Assembly (NCBI GenBank): GCA_050575255.1
Contig: JBNZDD010013729.1
Span: forward strand, 10,455,269-10,519,268
Direction: 5' to 3'
DNA from: Harriotta raleighana
Taxonomy: Eukaryota
DNA length: 64,000 nt
Both the position numbers and the translations under genes were made by a program. The notes under the pieces were generated by a model. That model was given only the letters and a program-made list of their open reading frames with translations. It was not told the origin of the DNA and made no database searches. Below are positions 37,157 to 47,910 of this stretch, in pieces (within the stretch, counting starts at the first letter, position 1; every line of letters starts with the position of its first letter).

Positions 37157-37844
37157 CAGGCAGTCCTCCAGTTACGACGTTTCGAGGTACGACAATTCGA
37201 AGTTACGACACTTAAAATCAGTAAAATTACGTCCGAGTTACATCCAAGTTCTCGAAGTTACGACACTACTATGTAAATACTTTAGTTCCCCCACGTGCGA
37301 TAGAAAACTGGAGTCGCCGCTCTCAACACTTACAGGACCACGATACGCGTTCAGGAACAGGATGGAGGCGAAACGCGAGTGTGTACTGTACAGGTACTGA
37401 GTGAGTCTGTGAGCTCGGCGGGACAGTACTCTCCAACCTTTAGAATGCGCTACATCACGCGTGATCTGCGTTGCGCTACGTCACGCGTGATCTGCATTGC
37501 GCTACGTCACATGTGATCTCCTGCGTTGCGCTATGTCGCATGTGATCTGCGTTGCGCTACATCGCGTGTGATCTCCTGTGTTGCGCTACGTCGCGTGTGA
37601 TCTCCTGTGTTGCGCTACATCGAGTGCCAGACTCACAATGAAGCCATGTAAGTATAGTAATATTTTATTTACAGTACTGTACATATTAGGAGGGGTGCAG
37701 GGGAGAGAGGGCAGCTCACTATACACTACAACCAATCACTGTATGTTACTGTAAGCATTATAGGGGGGTGACTCGACTTACATACAAATTCGACTTACAC
37801 CAAATCTTAGGAACCTAACCCTGACGTAACTTGAGGACTGCCTG
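37157..37844. mobile_element. Non-autonomous Tigger/pogo-like (Tc1/mariner) DNA transposon, MITE, 688 bp
   Basis: TIRs CAGGCAGTCCTCCAGTTACGAC / GACGTAACTTGAGGACTGCCTG (20/22 match), TA on both flanks, repeated subterminal GTTACGAC and CGACTTAC motifs, no transposase ORF. Confidence 0.88.
37446..37622. repeat. 26/29-bp minisatellite inside the MITE (6 full units plus a partial)
   Basis: Unit TGCGCTACRTCRCRYGTGATC(TCC)TGYRT. Confidence 0.92.
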
Positions 37845-38639
37845 TAATATATATTTTTAAAATGTGAAAAGAATCTTCACTTCAAATCATCCATTTAATA
37901 TTTTGAAGATGGTTTAGAGTGTCCCAGCAGTTGCAAATAAAAAGCCTTGGGTTTCGACGTTAGAAGTCACATCCACCAATTTTGCTTTTTTAGCAGTATT
38001 TTTCAAGTCGGAGCGAATGTGTGGCAGGCAGACGTCTCTTCCAATTTGAATTTGGTACATTCGAGCTATAGTACATAGTTAACTAATCTGTAATGAGACA
38101 CTAAAAAAAACACTGCGATGCGACACTTGATCCGAAAGTGTTTGATTAACTGCTAATCCCCCTCGTAGGTGAGCGTGCTTAATGTTACATATACATCCTC
38201 TAAAAGCCCTGTCCTGTTGATATCCAATCTCCCTAAAATCGGAATTGGGAGCATGTCGCCATTCGAGTCGTATGGATCTGGAAAAAGTTAGTCCCACATT
38301 TCTTTTGTTTACTATAACAACGACAACAACAAAATTACATTTGTATAGCGCTTTTTCCGTCGGGAGGACATCCCAAAGTGCTGAGATTTATATCGGACTC
38401 TGCAGCTATTGTAATTTGCCAAAAAAAAACATTATTTCAGAATGTTCTGCTTCTATCTTTGTTACTTTGTAGAGAAATAAATCTGGCTGTAATTGTGGAA
38501 TTGGTTAGGCAAGAAACAAGGTCAGATTTTTTTCAGATTATCTTTTCAGGCTGCAATTCTACTGGACGGTCTTTCAAGTTACAGCAGAAATAACATGAAT
38601 AATAATCCTTGCATGTGATAAAGTGGCTGATCACATTTT

Positions 38640-38803
38640 AAGAGAGAACTGGATAGGTATCTGGGGAAGACGGGCTTGCAGGGTTATGGGGAGAAAGCTG
38701 GTGATTGGGGTTAAGGAAAGTGACATTGCTCTGTCAAAGAGCCGGCACAGACTCGATGGGCCGAACGGCCTCCTTCTGTGCCGTAACCTTCTATGATTCT
38801 ATG
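38640..38803 (+). mobile_element. CR1 3' end inserted into a minus-strand SINE (about 38598-38920)
   Basis: GATGGGCCGAACGGCCTCCTTCTGTGCCGTAACCTTCTATGATTCTATG; SINE sequence resumes on both sides. Confidence 0.8.
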
Positions 38804-40587
38804 TTTGAGATGTCTCAGAGCCCTTCACAGAACACACTGTAAAGTGGATCGACAGTGCATTTTGTGAGCAAAATGCAGCAGCCAAGTACGCACAGCAATA
38901 TCTCACAAAAGTGGTGGATAAAGTAGTTTATTTCTGAGCTAGTAAGGGATGGGCTGACTCAATTAATTTTAGTGGACAGTGAGGTATGTGGGTTTGACTG
39001 TGGGGAAAGCAGGAATCTGTTGTTTGGAATCTTTTTCAGCTGCGTTGTTCTTCTGTGCTTCATTTCCTGAAGTACAGCTCCAACTTTTAAAAGGGGCAGA
39101 GTTACACAATGATGAGCTTTAACTTGTTCATGAACTGTGATCGGGCTCGTAATGGGAAGGTGACTGTGACAGGCGATGGTGGTGATGGTTGCTTCGATTG
39201 GTTTTAATATTTTGAATTGATCTGAATAAAAATGGGAATCGAAATGTAGCCAGAGAATTTACAGAGTTCACAGGCCCTGACAGTGCAAAGTACACATTGC
39301 CCTGAATCGAACCCCCAATCGAAGCAAAATACAGTTATCCTGTCTTTCTTTCTTCAAAATGTGGCAATCTGGATGTTCTATATTACAAACCTGCCACTGA
39401 ATTATTTTAAAATTGTGTTTTTATTGTAAACCTCTGCAGGCATGAAAAGAATCATAAAAATTCATACTTAACATTTTACTGTCCTTTTTATCCTCTGTGC
39501 TTTCAGTGGGACTTGTCTTGTCTCAGTAGTTTTGTATAACGTCGATGTTAAGGTTTTGTTCTGAGCAGTTAAGCGACTGTGCATCAGCGCATCTGCTGAA
39601 AATCTGAAAAAGAGTGTTTTAGTGTCTTTTAAAACTGCACAAATTTCATACCAGTTAAAAGTTAGCACAGCTATTAGCTGATTTCCAAGAGCCAAAGTAT
39701 TCCATTGCTCCACATTACACAGCTTGAAGACTGTTGTTTAAAAATCTACACAGGAACTCACTTGAAATCCAATTTTTTTTAAAAAGAGATTGTGAATTTC
39801 GATGAAATGAGACAAACTGATTTTCATGTTATTGGACATTTGTGCTTAAGATGCTATTTATCCACATGGGTCAATAAACTCTTAACGAAGAATGTTTGGC
39901 TACAGTAGCTGGTATAGAACACTGAACAGATTCATGTCAAAATCTAATCATGTGCAGATATGTACTTCAGGACTTGTCCCTCCCTCCGCCTGTGCTCTCT
40001 TCAACAAACAGCTAGGGTGTGGGAGGACAGGGACAATAGATATTTACCCGAGGGTGCACACACTGACCTTGATGTACCATTGATATCACAGAGGGAGACA
40101 GACAGAGAGAGAAAGAGAGAGAGAGCAAAGTTCTGGTGAGAGTTAAGCTCCTTGATGCCCTCACCGAGTAGACACAAGCAGTTGTCTATGCATAGAGTAT
40201 ATTAATTTCATCCAATAGTCATAATTTGCCCCTCAAATAAAGTAAGCAGCGCTGAGCAAACTGCGCTTGTTAAGTGTTTGACTCTGGCGGAACCCTGGAC
40301 AATGATACAATCTATTATTCGATAATTATGTAAAATGTTTCTGCGGCTTATTGGCAAATTTATATTAACAGAAAGGAAACCTGATGATTTAATTTTAAAA
40401 AAAAAACTCAGTTCAAATTTTATGGTTGCAAAACTTTTAATGTGTGTTTGAGTCCATGCCTGACCCACAAGCAGAGAGCTGGTTGGCTGCTGTTACAGAT
40501 ACTTCAGATGGGAGGTTAACAAATTCTCCGATCTTTTAGCCCTGATTGCCTATAGATCTCGTTACATCAGTGTGGACGGGGTAAGGT

Positions 40588-40593
40588 TATAAG
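40588..40593 (+). promoter_or_regulatory. Candidate TATA element upstream of the Kvbeta1.3 exon
   Basis: TATAAG with Inr-like TCAT about 25 nt downstream, 100 nt before the ATG. Confidence 0.3.
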
Positions 40594-40688
40594 GGGAGGG
40601 AGGACCCAGCTCATAGACATGTCAAGCTACTTGCTGACAGTGAGTTTAGGCGAGACGCTGCTCTCTCCCTCCAGCTCAGTCAGGCAAG

Positions 40689-40939
40689 ATGTTAGCAGCA
40701 AGGACTGGGAGCGTAGCGAGCAACGACCCATCCAAGTTGAGAAAATGCTCTGGGCCCAGCATGAAGGGGAGGCTTTCCCAAGAAATTGCCACCGAAATGA
40801 AGGTTATGAAGGCCTCCCAGATGCGGCAGCGAATTCGAAGGTTGGCGTTTGTGCGAGAGCTAGAGATGAGCTGGTATATGAGAGAGTGCAATCTATCACA
40901 TGAGGATACCACTGCCTATATTACTGGAATGCATTACAG
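40689..40939 (+). CDS. KCNAB1: Voltage-gated K+ channel subunit beta-1, Kvbeta1.3-type alternative first coding exon
   Basis: MLAARTG...KLRKCSG...RRLAFVRELEMSWY...TGMHY(R) matches recalled human Kvbeta1.3 N-terminus (MLAARTG...RQLALLREVEMNWY...TGMPHR); phase-2 donor CAG|GTGAGG. Confidence 0.92.
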
Positions 40940-41089
40940 GTGAGGGAAGTATAAGGTGGGATGGGGGGTGTTCTTGTTAATCTATCACACAGTGACCTGC
41001 ACACGCACTAAATGACTGAAATTTGACATGCTCTGAGATGCCGCCTGCCGTGGAGAGGTGGCTATATAAATGTGAGTTGTTGTTGTTGA

Positions 41090-41372
41090 GTTGGCGGATG
41101 GGCTTTCAGCCTCTCTGGCCCTACACTCTGGAACTCCATCGCACAGTCCCTTCGCCTCGCTCCCTGCCTTGCCTCCTTTAAGGCCATCTTTTCGACCTTG
41201 CCTTCTGCTGCCCACCCAACTCTCTTCCTCCCCTCCTAACTCTCTTCCGCCCCTTCCCTCCCACCCCATCTTGCCCCCCTCCCTTGCTCAGGTACCAACC
41301 TGACTGTTCAGCGCCTTGGGACGTCCTCCTGAAGTGAAAGGCGCTTTATAAATGTAACTTTGTTGTTTTTGT
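41090..41372 (+). mobile_element. L2-type LINE 3' fragment
   Basis: GGWAFSLSGPTLWNS motif; tail AGCGCCTTGGGACGTCC..GAAAGGCGCTTTATAAATGT(TTG)n. Confidence 0.8.
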
Positions 41373-44125
41373 TGAAATTGAAGTTGTAAATTTTCATCTA
41401 CACTGTAGGCTTAAACTTTGTTCGGTAACCTTTGCAAGGCTGGTTGAGGGGAGTTCGACCATACAAGGATTTGTTTACTTGCAGCCAAGATTTTATTGTG
41501 AAGATTTAACTCAAGTGAATGTTTTGAAGAGATATCTTGTGTGACTTTGTGTGTAATATGATACAGAGTGCACGATAAAAGATAACCAAATGTCCAGTCT
41601 CACTCACTTGAACAATCCCTAAGACTTTTACGCAACTTTTTTTATTGTGTGAAAGTTTAGCTGCCACTTCTTATTCCTTAAAAGTCTACACAAAAGATCT
41701 GTGGATTTCTGACTAGGAATATAATTAGGTAGTCCATTCTCTTTCCTCATTCCCCCCCACCACAAACACCCCACACCATACATAAAGCAAAGGTGCTTAT
41801 TAATAATGATTATTAGACTTCTCAAAGAGCAATTGAGAGCATTGTTGGTCAGGACATGGACAGAATGTTCCTGCTCTATCTACAGTGTTATGCAATCACT
41901 ATCCACCTGAACAGGCAGGAATTCAACCTTACCATCACATCTCAAAGACAGCACCTTCGAGTTCCTCCCAGTTCATCTCAACCCCAAACCTTTCGACTCC
42001 AAAGGCGAATGTGTAACAAATTAAGCCAGACTGACATTCTTACCCAGTGAGTGTTTATAGGAGACTGTAGGGAACTGCACAGTTCAGCCTGACTGTAACT
42101 TCTCCCCATCTCCAAACACATGCATTTTTCAGTAGTGGTCACTGATATTGAATGCTGGCTGGAATTTCCCTTTCCCTAGCCCTGGAGGTCTGAGGATTAT
42201 TGTCCATCTCCTATTTCTAGTCTGGCTGAGGTCAGAGCTTGGATTGAACTGGAGTCTAGTGGATTTGTATAATGATATAGTAATAACAATAATGTTAATA
42301 CGGTAATAATAACAGTCCTTGTATTTTGCTGTGTAACATCTTATCATGTATTCAAGATGTCTCAAAGCGCTTCACAGAATACACTGTAAAGTGAACTGAC
42401 TGTACATTTTGAGGGTGAAACGCGGATTTCAATTGATTACATCAGTGTCCCCACAAACAGTGGATTCAGTGACCAAATTATTGGGGTGTGTTTAATTTTG
42501 AAACTGTGCATAATTAACTGTATTAATTTAGAGGATTACTGTAAATGGTTTTCTAATGTTTTAAATTGTGATCTTGTATATGGAATTCGATAAGATACTG
42601 TTAATATCCCAGCCCACTGCCAAAATGGGTTTGAGAAGATATTTGCACAGTATCATGGAGCATGTTTCTACCAACCTATCTTTTGTTAACTCCTTTATGT
42701 TTTGCAGATACCGCAATAGAAAATTTTATTTTTCCCACAGGAAATCTAATAAATATTGAACTGAGGGGTGTGGGGGAAATACTCATTCAATTCTAAGTAA
42801 TGAGAGCTAGTGTGTGTGTATGTGTGCACATGCAATGAACTGCAATTATAGGATCAGAAATGTACTATTTTAAATGCTGTGGAAGAACAATTATTTTAAT
42901 ATTGAGCAAAACCATTAAATATTTAAGTTTTCGGGGCGCTTATGAAAGTAGCTGTTGCATGAATTATAAAGTCTGTTGGTTCATAGGTAGGGATGAGGGT
43001 TGTCAATCAAGCTGTCAGTCTAATTATACAAATCCCATTCAGGTATAATTCAGTATAGAGCATCATCCAACAACAACAACAAAATTACATTTGTATAGCA
43101 CCTTTCACGTCAGGAGGACATCCAAAGTCACTAACTGTTCCAATATGAATATAGAAATAACTTGGGGAATCCATACCATCTGAGTGAGAGCCAACAGCAT
43201 CTCCGTGAAACTTTTGTCGCTTTTTCTACCTGGTTAATTCCTTTGAGAGGTTGAACACTGACTAATAGCAGGTACTTGTCAAATTATTAACTGGTATTGA
43301 ATCATTTGGTACCACAGCTTAATTGGTATGTGAATGGGGGAGATGAAGTTACTCCACATGCCTAATAATAATCCCTCAAAAAAAATTGGTCATTTCAATC
43401 CACAGCTGTTTGTGGGGACACTGCTGTGTGCAACTGGCTGCCAGGTTTCACCCACAAATATACAGTCAATTCACTTGACAGTATATTCTGTGAAGCGCTT
43501 TGAGACATCTGGAAGACATGGAAAGCACTATATCAAATGCAAGGATTATTGTTATTATGAAAACCACTGAGATAATTTTTTTTTGCATTTGAACGTCAGT
43601 GACAAAAGCTGCCGGTGGAATGACAGTGTTTATTTGGGAAGGTAAAATGTTTGGAGCTAGTTATCACTCAGTGAATGGCTTGGGTTCAGTAAGTGGGCAG
43701 ATGAAGCACAAACAGTGTTTCGATGTTGAGAAACGAAAGATAGTTCAATACAGATGCTTAGAAATAACCTCAAAAAGGCACAATAAGAGGCAAATCATGA
43801 GATAAATTCTATAGGAAAATGATTTGGGTGGGCTGGTTAGCTCGGTTGTCTGAGGAATCTAAACTGTTGGAGTATGTAATCATAACGTGGAGCTTTCATC
43901 TCCGGTTATTGGGTCAGTGGAAAAAATAAGTACAGATCAATAAATTCCTGATTTGCACAAGGATTTGAGATGTATTACTGTGTACTAGACAATCAGGATG
44001 GTATATAATATGGTCTGAGTGGGTGCAGACATTGAATAAATTATTCAGGGAGACAGATTGCATTTACCATTCCTAATTTATATTCTGATATGAGAGGTGT
44101 AAAGTAGCTTATTTTTGTAGCTTCA

Positions 44126-44240
44126 TGGAATCATAGAATTATACAGCATAGAAGGAGGCCATTCGACCCATTGTGCCTGTGCTGGCTCTTTGAAAAGAGC
44201 TGTCCAAATCAATCCCACTCCTCCGCACTCTCCCCATGTC
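44126..44240 (-). mobile_element. CR1 3' tail
   Basis: GAATCATAGAATT..GAAGGAGGCCATTCGACCC. Confidence 0.75.
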
Positions 44241-44377
44241 CTCTCCAAGACATGGTTGGGTTTTTACCTCTCACCTATTGAGGAAGACAGTGGGGGGCTG
44301 GCGGGGTGTTGAGAGAGGTGGTAGGGTAGAATCATTAGATTGTTTATGATGGGGTTGAGTGATGCCATCAATAGCCA

Positions 44378-44647
44378 TCCTGTAGCTCAGTGGTTAGAGC
44401 AATCGCCTTACAAGAGTGAGACCGGCGTTCGAACGCAGGCAAATTAGGGAGAAACCTTGGGCAAGTTTCCTTACTCCACAAACCACAATAATAAAAAAAT
44501 TGGTCATTTCAATCCACAACTGTTTGTGGGATGCTGCTGTGCAAAATTGCCTGCCACCTTTCGCCTACAAATACATAGTCAATTCACTTTAAAGTATATT
44601 CCGTGAAGCGCTTTGAGATGTTGATAAGATGGGAAAAGTGCTGTATC
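44378..44647 (+). mobile_element. tRNA-derived SINE (between the KCNAB1 first exons)
   Basis: Same family consensus. Confidence 0.85.
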
Positions 44648-46384
44648 TAAGGCCCTGAATCATCAAGTGCTGATGGAACTGCGACCACACAGTGGACAGT
44701 ACCTCGATGGTGCCCCTTGAAGAAACATTTACAGAGCACCACTGAAACGTTTCTATTTTCTAAGTGCCTCAGTGACCGCCGATGGACAAAACAGTCAAGT
44801 TTAAGTCAATAGCCAGACCGTCCAAGCACACCAGAAGTGCTCGCAAATCGGCAACTTGCTTACCCAGACTATAATACAATTCACATGTACCTCACTCCCT
44901 AATAGGTGTTGACATCAGTGTCAAAGCTAATAGTGAACATGGAATCAGCGGAGTCCTGAGGCACTGAATTCTCAGCCATCTGCGAGCACAGATTTTTAGA
45001 TAATGTCACAGGCCATGCAGAAACATACAATTTGGTGGGGGGCCAGATTAAAGTAATAATGCACATTAGTTGCACATTTGATGTGTGCGTGCATTCAATG
45101 ACATTGAGCAGTCTGTGGGGAGGTGAGATACATCCTTACATGGATTGTTGACTGCTGGCTTCACCCACAGAATACATAGTTCCCTACACTTTACACTGTA
45201 TCCTATGAATCGTTGTAGGCCGATGCAGTGATGGTAAGGATCCGTATTCAGTGTTTTTTTCCGATTTTCTACTGATCAAGGGATAATGAATTCACATTGT
45301 TGCTGTTGATGATAATTTTTTTAACATCATGTCTCAAACTATCAAAATGGCAAAGATCGAGGTCATAGAAATATTATTTCCTGCTCCCCGTGATTCACAG
45401 GAAGTGACTTTAGAGACACTTACTGCTCATCTCACTGAACAGTTACATGATTTTTTAAAAAAAAATGTAAAATTGATTCTTGTTTCTGTAAATAATGTCT
45501 GAAAGAAACACCCTAAAACATCTGTTAGCCAAAGCAACAGTCATCAACTGACATCAGTTCATAGAGCACACACAAAAAAAAAATAGTCCTGCTTTTATCA
45601 TAAATCTCATGGCTCTTTGCGGTGATTTACTGCGAGAAATGTTTCCAACTTTGGCCCGAGTTGTAGTCATATCAAATTGTAATTCGTGCCTTTTTGAGAG
45701 TGTGCCTGAATGCAACGTTAAAACCTCCAGAGTTGGCAGCCAACTTGTGCGCAGTGATGTGCTGCAGGTTTAGATTCACGTTAGACGGGTGAACTGTTCA
45801 CTCACAGTCCAGGAAGGAAGTCTGGGAATTGTGGTGGGGCTGGTGGGGGGGTGGCTCTGGGGGCGGGGGGGGGTTGCTGGGAAGGAGGATTGCAATGGGT
45901 TTGCATCATTTTATGACCAGAGATGAAACATTCTGACATGCGAAATAGCATAACCCGTACCTCCCTATCGGTCTGTCATTCCCATCGCACAGGGACAAAT
46001 GGTTTCAGAATTGTACCAAGATGAAGTTAGAATAATAATGATTTTTAAAAAAAATAAGGTCAGTGAAGCCGAGCAAGAGTTTTCCATGTGTTCATCCAAC
46101 ACCGACCCAGTTTACGCACTGAATAGAGAGAGCGAGGGAGGGGGGGGGAAACAGTCATGCCTATGGCATATGTAAAGCAGTCAAACATAACTAAATGGCC
46201 TGATGGTATCTTGAGCAAAAAAAATCTGTTGAGAAATTAACATTCCTTTGCTGGGATGTAAAGCAGCTCAACGGTCTGAATCCGAGCTGGAAATTCTCTT
46301 CTTCTGTTCATGAAGTTCGGTCCTTTCCCACGCCTGGGGCTGTCGGGATCCACAAACGCACAGTTTGGATTCAGGATTGGCGTT

Positions 46385-46626
46385 ATGTACTTGTACAAAG
46401 GCACTTGCAACAACATCCCAAACCCCAGAAAATCCTCGCCCAGAGCCAACCCCGCCCACAGCAAGACCGCAAAGCCAGACCTGGCTCCGAAGGGGCACCT
46501 TGCTGCTCCTCGCCTGGGCTCCCAACACAACGGGACCCTGGAACACAACAAGCTGGAACAGTTTATTCAGGTGCATGGGCTGTCTCTGCAGGAGACCATC
46601 ACCGTACAGACAGGAATGCCTTACAG
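46385..46626 (+). CDS. KCNAB1: Voltage-gated K+ channel subunit beta-1, Kvbeta1.2-type alternative first coding exon
   Basis: MYLYKGTCNNIPNP...EQFIQVHGLSLQET...TGMPY(R) matches recalled human Kvbeta1.2 (MHLYKPACADIPSP...EKFLRVHGISLQET...TGMAYR); phase-2 donor CAG|GTTAGA. Confidence 0.92.
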
Positions 46627-47610
46627 GTTAGAATCCAACACTTGCTGTCTGTTGTCTGTCCAATATTGTCCCCCGTGATTGATCTCAATGGGGTCTTTGG
46701 TGGCAACCTTCTCTGTCCTCTGTGTTATTTGGGGTTTGCCTGGTGTGTATGTGTGTGAGAGTGCCTTGGAACATCCTCCCAACGTGAAAGCCACTATACA
46801 CTATTGTATTGGTGTTGGCGTGAACTGTGTGGGTTGACAAGCGTCAGGCATTGGCACGTGCCATCGCTTCACCACTGCTGCCAGTCACCGCTTTGTGTTC
46901 CTATTGATTCCACACGTGATTTGATTAGCTGATGTCGGTTGATTTATTCTCATCCAAACATTTATTTACTTTGATCGTAGTCTACATAGCTGGCTTGTCA
47001 GAGCCACAAATCATCCAAATCACCCACCCCCCAAATTTTTTTTAGTTATCTACATTAATTTTGCCAACAGTATACAGTCAATTTACTTTATGGTATATTC
47101 TGTGAAGCGCTTTGAGACGTCTCGAAGACTTGATAACTCAATGCAAGGATTATTATTATTTTATTTGGTTTAAACTTTCAATGTCAGCTACTTTCTTTTA
47201 ATTTCACTTTTTAAAAAAAGCTCCCACATACTTGGAATAGAACATTTGTGATCCTTTGTTTCACTGATTTTTTTTTTCTGATAAGATTTCAGGCAAAAAC
47301 CTTACTATTTTCCCTTAAAATCACTCAAGTTTATTTAAACCTGAACTGAGTGTGGTCCGTAGAGGGGGGTAGGGATTGCTGTGGTTTCTTTATGTTTCCT
47401 CTTTACCCCCATGGCACTCACCTGTCACCAGCAAAGCAGCTTTACTTTCGGGGAAATTGTCAGAAAAATCTCGACTGTGAATGGATGTGTGTTTCTAGCC
47501 CTGACAGACTGAGAAGTGTGTTGTTTGATTGTACATTTGAGGACATTGGCCCATTACAAGATATGTGACCTTCTGTGAAATCCCAGCAAATTGCTTTTGT
47601 TTGGCTACGA

Positions 47611-47910
47611 AGGAGTCCTGTAGCTCAGTGGTTAGAGCACTCGCCTCGCAAGCGAGAGATCTGGCATTCGATTCCCAGCAGGGTGAAACCTTGTGTAAGT
47701 TTCCTTATTCCTCATGCCTGCTAATAATCCCTCAAGCAAATGAACAAATAAAATAACAATTTAATGATTCAATTCCTGACTGTTTATGAGACACTGATGC
47801 GTGCAATTAGCTGCTGCGTTTTGCCCACAAATTCTATGTTCTTATATGTTCTGTGAAGAGCTGTCTAGAAGACATGAAAAGCGCTATATTAAAAAAGTCT
47901 TATTATTATT
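47611..47910 (+). mobile_element. tRNA-derived SINE
   Basis: Same family, diverged body. Confidence 0.8.

Noticed and set aside
37446-37622. Palindromic 26-29 bp repeats as a CRISPR-like array
   Set aside because: No unique spacers, eukaryotic context, lies inside a MITE
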